From Balanoglossus misakiensis (taxonomy: Eukaryota > Animalia > Hemichordata): DNA of 64,000 bases. The DNA is taken from assembly GCA_040954595.2 (NCBI GenBank), contig CM082579.2, positions 1,377,908 to 1,441,907 on the forward strand, written 5' to 3'. The notes below the pieces were generated by a model. That model did not search any database. It saw only the letters and a list, made by a program, of their open reading frames with translations, and had not been told where the DNA came from. Shown here in pieces: positions 53,701 through 64,000 of this stretch. Both the position numbers and the translations under genes were made by a program. The number at the start of each line of letters is the position of its first letter. The stretch's first letter is position 1.

Positions 53701-54895
53701 TTTTCGAATTTTCAAAATTTGGTGATTTTTTGAAAAAAACCATGGGTTATAGCTCAGGAAAATCTTCAAAAATCGACGATTTTTCGAGTTTTCGAATTTT
53801 CAAAATTTGGTGATTTTTTGAAAAAACCATGGGTTATAGCTCAGGAAAATCTTCAAAAATCGACAATTTTTCGAGTTTTCGAATTTTCAAAATTTGGTGA
53901 TTTTTTGAAAAAACCATAGCTCAGGAAAATCTTCAAAAATCGACGATTTTTCGAGTTTTCGAATTTTCAAAATTTGGTGATTTTTTGAAAAAACCATGGG
54001 TTATAGCTCAGGAAAATCTTCAAAAATCGACGATTTTTCGAGTTTTCGAATTTTCAAAATTTGGTGATTTTTTGAAAAAACCATGGGTTATAGCTCAGGA
54101 AAATCTTCAAAAATCGACGATTTTTCGAGTTTTCGAATTTTCAAAATTTGGTGATTTTTTGAAAAAACCATGGGTTATAGCTCAGGAAAATCTTCAAAAA
54201 TCGACGATTTTTCGAGTTTTCGAATTTTCAAAATTTGGTGATTTTTTGAAAAAACCATGGGTTATAGCTCAGGAAAATCTTCAAAAATCGACGAGTTTTC
54301 GAGTTTTCGAATTTTCAAAATTTGGTGATTTTTTGAAAAAACCATGGGTTATAGCTCAGGAAAATCTTCAAAAATCGACGATTTTTCGAGTTTTCGAATT
54401 TTCAAAATTTGGTGATTTTTTGAAAAAACCATGGGTTATAGCTCAGGAAAATCTTCAAAAATCGACGATTTTTCGAGTTTTCGAATTTTCAAAATTTGGT
54501 CATTTTTTGAAAAAACCATGGGTTATAGCTCAGGAAAATCTTCAAAAATCGACGATTCTTCGAGTTTTCGAAATTTCAAAATTTGGTCATTTTTTGAAAA
54601 AACCATGGGTTATAGCTCAGGAAAATCTTCAAAAATCGACGATTTTTCGAGTTTTCGAATTTTCAAAATTTGGTCACTTTTTGAAAAAACCATGGGTTAT
54701 AGCTCAGGAAAATCTTCAAAAATCGACGATTTTTCGAGTTTTCGAATTTTCAAAATTTGGTCATTTTGGTCAGTTTTCAATGATTTTCTTGAGCTATATA
54801 ACCCATGAAAATTTCAACAAATTACGAAATTTCGAAAACTCGCAAAGTCGAAAAATGTCCAGTTTTTGATGATTTTCATGAGCTTTAACCCATGA
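38740..54895. repeat. 87-bp tandem satellite array (~180 copies in core ~39050-54765) with degenerate left flank and inverted right-end copies
   Basis: Consensus CCATGGGTTATAGCTCAGGAAAATCTTCAAAAATCGACGATTTTTCGAGTTTTCGAATTTTCAAAATTTGGTGATTTTTTGAAAAAA is repeated head-to-tail and near-identical in the centre. Confidence 0.98.
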
Positions 54896-54901
54896 AAATT
54901 T

Positions 54902-54918
54902 CACACACACACACACAC
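54902..54918. repeat. (CA)n microsatellite at the right boundary of the satellite
   Basis: CACACA run directly visible. Confidence 0.85.
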
Positions 54919-55649
54919 AAAATATCAAACAAACACCAGCACAATGAATATTGTGTAAGCAATGCAAAAGACATTATATAACTTTTATTTGTTTCTAGTT
55001 GAATCAGCACTATCTCTGTCTTGTAAAGGTTTTGAGAAAAAAGATTCAATTGCAACTTGCAGTTAAATACAATAACTTGCAATTAAACATAGCAAGAGTA
55101 CAAAGAATCAATTAAACAATTCTATTAGACTCAACAACTCTATTCATTGCAAATACTGTTCAATCCAGGGTGGAGAAATTACAGTAAAAGTTTATGGTTG
55201 ACAATTGTGATAGAAAGTATTATGTAATCAAAACCTGTACTAAGAAATATATGATTAAACATACCTTATAGGAACATATAATGATTCCAGCACTCTACTT
55301 GGCTTTTGATACAGGTAATATACAACTTAATAAATAAATGTATTAATAGAAAATGGAAATAACTTTTGGAACAAGTATATTTGAAGACAATGATAGCAAG
55401 TTACAACTTAGCATCTGAAGAACACACAACAACATTACACATCATTTTATTCAGCACAAGATACTCAAAATTGAATAAATGTTAAACGATTCAACATTAC
55501 AATGGATATTACTGGAATGGAAATGAATGCCATACATCTTGTTGGGGAACGCTCCAAGTGATGGAGGGAATGTGGCAGTTATCAGAGTTACAATCTATTC
55601 AGTCAAATACCCGTATAACCTCAAGTGTTCATGGATATGGACATACCAG

Positions 55650-58538
55650 TCAAGCCTTGGCTGGTACTACATGCAGCTTGCATGGATTTTCAATGTCCAA
55701 CACTGGCACCTTGCACGTACAGTTAGTGATTACCTCGGATCCTGGTAATGTTATTCCACTTTCCGTTGAAATCTTTGTCTGTGCCTTGTTGTCATCATTG
55801 TTGTTGAGTGTCTCACTGGCAAAATCATGCAGGAATGAGGTTTGGAAATTGTCATTGCTTTGCTTTGTGACACACATGTCTTCACTTGGCAGTTCTAAGG
55901 TTATCCCCTCCATTGGGCCACGTAACTCCCCTTCTGCAATGGAATCACCCTCATTTGCATCTTGGACTTGATTGGTTTTCACTTTATAACCGCTCAGTTT
56001 GGCAGACATGCTTAGCCTACAGACCTTCTTCCTTGGTTTCTTCTGCAGAACAAAAGATGGGAAATGAGATTGTAGCACAAAATGAAAGCTCAGATGTATG
56101 TTCAGATAAGGCACATAAAATACAATTCAGATCAACAAATAGACATCTCTGGAGCACAGAGTCATGTTTGAATGTGCAACATAAAAATGTTACTAACAAT
56201 ATCACAAAACTTCACTTTTTATTCACATTAATAATAAAATGTAACTGTTGAAAATATGCTCGTGAGAACCACCTCAAAATGAGATCAAATGTTCTTGTAA
56301 ACAAACAGACAAACAAACAACACTCTCACCTCTTTCGGTTTCCAATTTGGGTCGTGGACCACCTGGTGTCGAACCAATGATATTTTGTGTTTGAAAGTCT
56401 TTGTACACCCTTCATGGAAGCATGCATAAGGTCTCTGACCTTCATGGTAGTTCCGTACATGCAGCAACAAACTCTTATTCTGGAAAAAACAATGGATTGG
56501 GAAGAAGACTGGATTACAATTTGGGATTGATCTCACCAGGATCACACAAGAGGCAAACTTCAGATAATTCGTCATATGCAAGTGTCATGGAAAGTATTTA
56601 TATTCTCAGAAGATGAACAAAAGTGCTTACCTTTAGAAACGTCTTCTGGCATCCATCTTGTGTACAATGAAAGATTTCTCTCTCAGTGAGATGTGTTTCA
56701 GAATGAATATGCAGCTGAAAAATTTAAAAAATGAATCACAAGTTATCAAACTATATGGAGATGGTCAGAAACTTTCATGTGTAAACAGATATCATACAAG
56801 TATCATGTATGTAATTACCTTGCGCTTATTGGTGAAAGTCTTGCCACATTTCTCACAATTATGTTCTGAAAAAGAAAAATCAAATTTGAAAATAAATCAT
56901 GCTTTTATGGCTCCATCTATTCTGTAGAGAAAATTTGAATAAATCTTTGCCAGGACTAAATCTCCACTTTCCAAAACAACAGTTACTTTTGCTATTGCAT
57001 TGAAGCAGAACTTTAACTATTCCTCACCCGCATAAATATCTATCATCCACATTTTTCTTGAAGATGGAAATAAATTGCAGAAGTGCTCACCTTCTACATG
57101 TTCTCTCTGGTGTTTGCGAAGTTCAGACCATTTATCAAATTTGGCAGTGCAGTTATCCTTGGAACACTGGTATCCTGCAGCAGCAGAAGAAATACATACA
57201 TGCATTCAATGAATCAATCATCGCCACACATTACACTTAAGCAGTAATTCAGAAATGGTTCATTTTTACCTTGATGAATTTTAGCATGTCTCTTCAATTT
57301 ACTCGGAACGAGGAATGCAGCATTGCAGCCTTCCTGTTCACACCTGTGAAATGAACAACAGGCATGGAATGAATTTAGCACATAACACTGCAACTTCGAA
57401 ATTTCAGGCCAGCAGTGACAAGTTGGCAAAACAAAACTTATTTTTTCAGACCAATATTACAACCTTTTTGGCTAAGATGTTAAGTGTTATTTTCAGCCTA
57501 ACAATCAAAATTACAGAAAATTATCCACTAGAACACAATTTGTTAATTCAACCAATGATTCATGACCTACTTGTATGGCTTAATGTTGGTGTGGTCATAC
57601 TGATGGGTTTTCAAGTGTTGATGTTTTCTGAAGAGCTGACCACAACCTTCAAACTCACACTAAATAATAAGAAGAATATGGTCATTTATAACATTCTTGA
57701 CACTCTTACACACAAAGATAGTAACATCAAATTTTGCAGGCATGTATTAAAACTTCCAAAAATAAACCAAACTGCACGATAACAAGCATAATTTTAAGTC
57801 TCTCACCCACCTTAAATCGATCACCTTGGTGAAATCTTTTCACGTGTTTGTTGACATTAGATTGAAAAACGAAAGTTCTGTTACATCCTTCCTCTGGGCA
57901 ACTGACGAGAAAAAAAAACATGATCACCATGCATTGGCTAACTTATCATCATCTGACATCATTTCACAAAAAATTATGTTTTGTATCAACACCTTTTTCT
58001 TGCTCTACTCCCTCAAGCATGATGAACTATGTTGTGTTCTGTTTGCAGGATTTACTCAATTTTGACAAGCTATGAACCTCCTTTCAAATCAAAATCAGTA
58101 GTCAGGATGAAAGTAAACAGTTAATAGATTTCCAGTCCCCCATAGGCATAGATGTAGACACATACCCCCCCCCCCCTTTACATCTCTCCAATCTCACCTG
58201 AAAAGCTTCTCCTCGAAATGTGTTACCATGTGACGTTTCAGGTGATCATATTTGGTGTACGTCTTGTCACAGTCTCCATGGGAACACACAAATGGTCTCT
58301 ACAAAAGGGAGTTGCATAAAAAATAGTATTATAGTACTAGTAGCTAAGTTACATGTAGTACACCATTACATGTACATGTACTACTACTCGGGAACACACA
58401 GACCTGTACGAGGGCTGGCCTTACCTGGCCGGTATGTTTACACATGTGTATTTCCAGCTTCGACGGTTTATTATAGGAGGCTTCGCATCCTTCGTGGGGA
58501 CACTTGTATACCATACGATTTGAAACAGCCGTAGCCAT
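55650..58538 (-). CDS. GTF3A: Transcription factor IIIA (nine C2H2 zinc fingers); exons 58538-58425, 58298-58198, 57901-57811, 57659-57571, 57343-57270, 57174-57091, 56865-56819, 56714-56631, 56479-56330, 56042-55650
   Basis: Nine fingers assembled in frame across GT-AG introns. Finger 1 is YKCPHEGCEASYNKPSKLEIHMCKHTGQ, finger 5 has PSKLKRHAKIH, finger 6 has KWSELRKH. The post-finger KKPRKK..RLSMSAKLSGY matches the TFIIIA RSLAS.LSGY motif. The roughly one-finger-per-exon layout is typical of TFIIIA. Confidence 0.9.
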
Positions 58539-60158
58539 CACTACCACACCGTCCACGGACTCCCACACGTGTGGGGGTTTTCACTGTATGGCAGACATTT
58601 TGAAACACTTTGCGCATGTGCAATTAGTGACCTCGCAAAAGGTCATCGAATGCGCCCTCTACGTGGTGGTAGACAATCTTGTAAATAGCAAAGACGGATT
58701 GAAAAGTTAATTGTGCACACACACATAATTTTAATAAAATTCATGACACTGCACCATTTAGACAGTTTGAATAATTTATTTCTGAATATCAAAAGGCTGT
58801 AATGCAACATTTTTTTATCGATATGTACAAATACAGAATATCACACTATATTGATAAAACACTCAGAAGCATATCTTTATTTTACAGCAAAATTGAAAAC
58901 TCAAGGATTACTCACAATCCTCAATTGTGTGGATGTTCTGTCTACTTGAGGCCATAAATACTGACCATCTTCTGTCACCTTGCATGGGCCAGCTATGCTA
59001 AAAAAACATGACAGCAGCATGCTACGCCAGCAAGGGGTAGATGTACATGTATGTGAATGCTGTCCGTGCTGACTTGGCACAGTACTGGCCAGCAATGGCA
59101 AAAAACACACATCAACTGCTAATAAGTAGTATTTGTGTCATTTACATTCTGAGATGAGTTTGTAAATCATTTCACAGGAAGTGCCAGAACCAGCCCCTTT
59201 CCTTCCCATTTAACAGTGTTGGTTGGTAGTGAATTACATTTTCAGTACCCCAGCCGTTTTTTGAACGCTGGACCAGTGTAAAAGCACTGCCATCAGAAAG
59301 CAACTATTTAGGTGTTCGAATAATTTAAGTCTTACAATATAATTCATTTCAAAATGAATGATGATTTGTATTTATATAAAAAAAATAACAACACATAAAC
59401 AAGCTCTGACGGAAGAATCATTTGATGGCTAGATATGGATGGATGGATGTGATGGAAGGATGCAAACTTCATTAACAAATGAAAAACAACTATATAAACT
59501 CTGAAACACAAACCTCATCATGTGGTAAAATATCTGTAAAAAGCTGACATGTGTAAATATGAATTTATACACACTTGTATGACAAAACATTGCGACATTA
59601 GGATGTAAAATAAAGATCAGGAGCTCGCGTATTCCAAGCCCCATTGGGACTAAATCAATGAATTGAAATGATCTGAAGGACGGGTGTACCATTTTACAAG
59701 TGAAATACAATTAAACCCTTTCACCCCCAGTTGCCTCTGTAGAAGTCCAACTTGACTACAGAAAACAAGGGATTCGGACCAAAACTTAGTAAAATTCATA
59801 ATGTCAGATGATCAGACACTGACGGCCTGTATTGCTCAAGTGTCTAAACTAGATTTGCTTTCTGTGGTGCAGAGAGCTGTGAGATTCTAATTGATTCAAA
59901 GTAACAGCTAATGGAGCTTTACATTGTTTTTAAAATTAAGCAATAACATTCTTTCATATAGCAAGATAAATTGACTATTTCAGCTGACAAGAGACATGTG
60001 TAAAATATGTGACATTTTGCCAATAAATTAGGCATTTGTGGAACGGTCTTTGACTTTTGACATGTACTGGTAGCCCCATTCTTCAGCAGGATTATACTAA
60101 GATACAAAGTCTACAAACAATGTAGATTTGAAGACAAATCTTGGCAAGGATCCTCAGC

Positions 60159-63100
60159 TCACTGTGCTATTACAGAATCTATATCCATGGATTTCCTATT
60201 TCTGAAAAAAAAACAGAATAAAAATGTGTTAAAAAACAATCAATGTTAACCACGGTATCTTTTTGTAACTGCGTCCAGATATTTACAATTTGAATGGTAA
60301 ACATCTGGGAAACTTCATACCTTACTAAGTTTTTTGTAAAAATCAGAAAAAAGTTGACAACATTTGTCACTTACTTCTTGCCTGTCTTTGGTCTTCCTGA
60401 CGTCCTAACTTTTCCTCTAGACTGCTTAGGTTTCTGCATGGCAGCATTCTCAGTGTAAGCCAAGTAGATGCTTGACAGGTCTGGTTCTCCGTACTTTTTC
60501 TCCTTGTTGTTTTCTGGAAGTGGCGTCTGTTTCCTCATGTTGTTGCCAGTATAAGCCACACATTTCTGTTAAAAGAAGAATGCAGTTGTCAAACGAAAGT
60601 TTCTGAAGACAGAAAGGGCAATGTTACTGATTCCCTTCTAGGATGAACAAAAAGTGAAAACATTTACCAGTTGCCATTCACCGATATCTTCGTTCCAGTG
60701 CACGTATTGTTCAACCATTTCCTGGAACTCCGGTGGAATAAAACTATCAATGATCAACATCTGGAGTCGGAGTTCTCGACTCAGCTGCCGTACGTTTTCC
60801 AGCAAACCTTCCATCTCTCTCTGGTGTTCCTGTTGCAAGTCAGCCATCTGTGTTCATGGAAAAATTGATAATGAAATCATTTACGAACTATGGATCTGAT
60901 GACCTGGATTGGTGAATATCATAGATGCTGACTGTAATAAACTTATACAAGCAAATGTCAAATCAAATCATATTAAATCAGACAGAATATACAGACAATG
61001 ACAACATCAAAGTGACTAACCTCAGACTTAGCACTCATCAACATGGTCCACACTTTCTTGAGTTTCTTGGTTTTGCCAGCTGCCTCTTCTTGTAAGTTTG
61101 AGTATTTCTCTTCTATGTCTAATTTTTCAGCCTGTTTTATTGAAAGAAAACAAAGATTGTGGAATTAGATTAGGCAAAATGTCTCTATGATAAACAGATG
61201 TGCAATATGTTGACGAAACTCAGATCAACAGCATTTCTGATTTCACCAGGTGTACATTGACAATGAATCCAAACATGGCAACATTTACATAGTGTACACT
61301 ATCAATCACAGAACCGCATTCATCATGTTCTCACACACCACTGCACTGCACAATCATTATTCTGACTCACCTCTTTTTCTTCCAGTTGTTTTCTCAGCTC
61401 TTCCTCTTTGCTTTTCCTCTGTGCTAACTCCAGTGCAGATTCTTCCAATAGCCTTTCCTGTTCCTCTGCTTTCTGCAGCAGATCTACGCCACCCACGATG
61501 ACTTTTTTCTCGATGGCTTTGAGTTTATCGACCAATAAATCGTGTTCTTGACTGGTGGAAGTAGCAAAAAGAAGCATTTTGTTAGTGTATATTCTGTGCA
61601 GTGTGCCATGTGAGTTTTTGTAGACTCTTGGCTCAGTAAAATTAACACTGTCAACCTCACAGTTCACTGTGTGGTGGAGACTTCAGACATTTTCATAAAG
61701 TCTCTTTTCTGTCAGGCAACCATAGTACTTGAATCATCTCATTCACATTTTCTCCCCTCTCACTCACTGAGCTTTATGTAATTCCGACTCTCTCTTCTCC
61801 AGTTCTGCTTGTGCTCTGTTTCTCTCCTCCTCTTCCATGTCTTTCGTCTGTTCCAGTGCCTTCCTCTGCTCATCAATCTTCCGCTGCATCTCCTCCATCT
61901 TTTCCGGGGACAAATTCTTTTTCCCTGGAATGGCAAAGTATGTATAAATGAAGATATTAATCACGTGCATACAGTTATGTGGAAAAAAACAGAATGACTA
62001 TATTACTACAAGGTGAAGATGAGATACATGTATGAGTATTTTCTCACACCTTTCTTTTTCCTCCTCCTCCTTTTCCTCTCTCCATCCGGTCCAATTTCAC
62101 CCTCATCTTCAGTGTCTGTTTCATCACTTCCTGATCCGGAATAATATTCTCCTGAAAAGAAAGTCACAGTCCAAAACTTTGAATGTGCATCCTTCATGAA
62201 GAAACTCTAATAAAATGTATCTTATTTCCCTGTCATGCATATACACATATATTTAATGGAAAGGTTTCAAACTAATTTTGCCAGAATTTTGAGACCAACT
62301 TATTCAAAATTGAAATATAATTTAAGCTGATCACAACATGTTTCTTTGAAACCAGTACCATTGTGGTGTGTATTTGTATATATGCATGAACAAGCATCAT
62401 GACATCAAATGAAAGCAAAATATTTGTGGTGTAGAAGACAGCTGTATGTACTCCAGGAGCATTTACTTTGAAATGACATTTTTCAACAAAAAAACAACAA
62501 TCTCTGTAAACAAAACTTGTTGACCATTATATGCCATCAAAACATCAAAACTCCGGGAGTATACTACAGAAATCTTTTCCACCCATCTTACATGTACATG
62601 TACATGAATAAAGACACAATATTCATCTAGTACAACAACATGGTTGACAGAGAGAGAGAGAGAGACACTGGCATGCAGATAGGACACCACGAAGACAAAG
62701 CCACAGCACAAACTAACTTTACCGGAACTATCTGAGTATCCATCAGAGTCTTCTGAAATTACGGACAAAATCGGGGAAAATAGAGGATAGAAAGAAGAAA
62801 GGGAGAGAATGGGATGAGAATGGATTGAGAATTGCTGATAACTGATGAGAATATAAAGGTCGATGCAGAACAAAGATTATGTTTACTTCCAAGATGAGGT
62901 AAACTACAGTGTAGATGTCAGGGTTTAGTTTTTTACATATTGTTATGCTAGGCACATGAATAAATATGTTAATGTCTTATGCTACACATGTACTTAGCAG
63001 CACATCTAGTACGCAGCAAATAGCAAAAACCATACCCTCTGCAATATGTTATACAGATCCCAATCAGGTGGATGGAAAGAAATAAAAAAAATATGATGTT

Positions 63101-63966
63101 GAAAAAACTCTGTGAGTTCTCTTTTTAAATATCGCCGTGAACTGAAAATAAATTATTGGCATTAGTGCTGAAATAGAACCGTGAAATGACTGGGTTTTTA
63201 CGTAATGTGTGTTGTGGAAAGAGAGCTGGGCGCTGAGTAGAGATAGGTCAAGCATGTTGGGTTTTCCGAAGTCATTCTGTGGGGTAAAAGTTAAACACCG
63301 CAAGCACAGGTTACTACAAGCTGTTCAGTCATGACATGCCAGCAGCCCATGCAAGCGATTTTTGTACCAAGTTTAGAATCACCACAGATCCATAGCAGCC
63401 ACCATCCACACCATTACATATCACATGCTTTGCACAGAGTCTGATGTAATTTCAAAAAACAGGAGACCAATCAGAATTACTGTGTCAAACCGGAGACGAA
63501 TCATGTGCTGTGCTTTTCTCAAACAGGATATCTGATTGGCTGTGAAATTCTATGAACAAATTGTCAAATAAGTATTAGGTGATGCACTATGCCATACATT
63601 GTACTTCACTTTTTGAAATCACTACATTTACATCTTAGTCTGACATATTCTCTTGCAATGTCTAACTCGAACCGAAAAGTCAACTCAAAGTCAAAATTTG
63701 CACATTTGAATATAAAATTAAATTTAGAGGTAGTATTTGAAATCAATCATCGATTGTGCTCCTCCACTGAGAAGTTGGCTTCACATCTTACCTTCTTCCA
63801 GTTTTCTCTTAAGATCGTCGATTTCTTTCTGAAATTGTCTTAGCAGAGCATCCTTTGGATCTTCATTAATCTTGGCTTTGTTCTTGATGTTCTTAGCTCT
63901 GTTGGCATATCGGAGTGTGCTCATTGTCTCGTCGTAGTTGTAGTCTGCTGGGCCAAAATTGGCACA
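60159..63966 (-). CDS. KIF3A: Kinesin-2 subunit KIF3A, 3' part (5' end beyond window); exons 63966-63792, 62752-62723 (microexon), 62151-62050, 61924-61768, 61551-61371, 61131-61021, 60847-60668, 60565-60375, 60201-60159
   Basis: Motor end and neck [49 protein letters not shown]. Stalk and tail motifs [73 protein letters not shown] and RPKTG. Last exon [14 protein letters not shown] resembles the vertebrate IDSLLQ* end. Confidence 0.95.
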
Positions 63967-64000
63967 CTTCAAGAAAACAAACAAATACCAATTAATCAAT

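Noticed and set aside
39050-54765. CRISPR-like array
   Set aside because: There are no unique spacers, the whole unit repeats, no cas genes are present and the context is eukaryotic.
39050-54765. 5S rRNA or tRNA gene array (tempting next to TFIIIA, and TAGCTCAG resembles an A box)
   Set aside because: The monomer is 87 bp and very AT-rich, with no 5S similarity, no GTTCRA B box and no cloverleaf.
39096-54869. Very long repetitive ORFs (KKPWVIAQENLQKSTIFRVFEFSKFGDFL)n, up to 839 aa
   Set aside because: 87 is divisible by 3 and one frame happens to lack stops. Frames are broken freely by 1-nt and 7-nt indels, and there are no splice or start signals, so these are satellite artefacts.
59711-59790. 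TTAA-ACCCTTTCACCCCCAG.., possible end of a small TTAA-type DNA element
   Set aside because: No matching opposite terminus is visible in the window; needs a repeat library search.

Overview
Intron-containing animal genomic DNA. The gene content suggests a marine invertebrate deuterostome, but that is inference. (1) 0.85-9 kb: a tandem cluster of secreted, probably GPI-anchored genes with a CCDC3/TIMP-NtA-like domain and six conserved Cys. In its middle locus, three paralogous first exons (signal peptide plus N-half of the domain) appear to share one constant last exon. A skippable in-frame WAP (four-disulfide core) exon lies between them and splits the domain. A tRNA-Lys(UUU) gene sits inside the cluster. 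(2) About 12-38 kb: a large + strand NETO-family gene (signal peptide, CUB, CUB, LDLa, an extra EGF exon, TM, cytoplasmic tail with a PDZ-type C-terminus). (3) About 38.7-54.9 kb: a ~16 kb array of about 180 copies of an 87-bp AT-rich satellite, with layered variants, multi-monomer duplications and inverted terminal copies. The long ORFs over it are artefacts. (4) 55.6-58.5 kb: TFIIIA (GTF3A), nine C2H2 fingers, minus strand. (5) 60.2-64 kb: the 3' half of kinesin-2 KIF3A, minus strand. Exon boundaries were read by hand from GT/AG sites and frame continuity. Family assignments come from recalled sequence motifs, not database searches.
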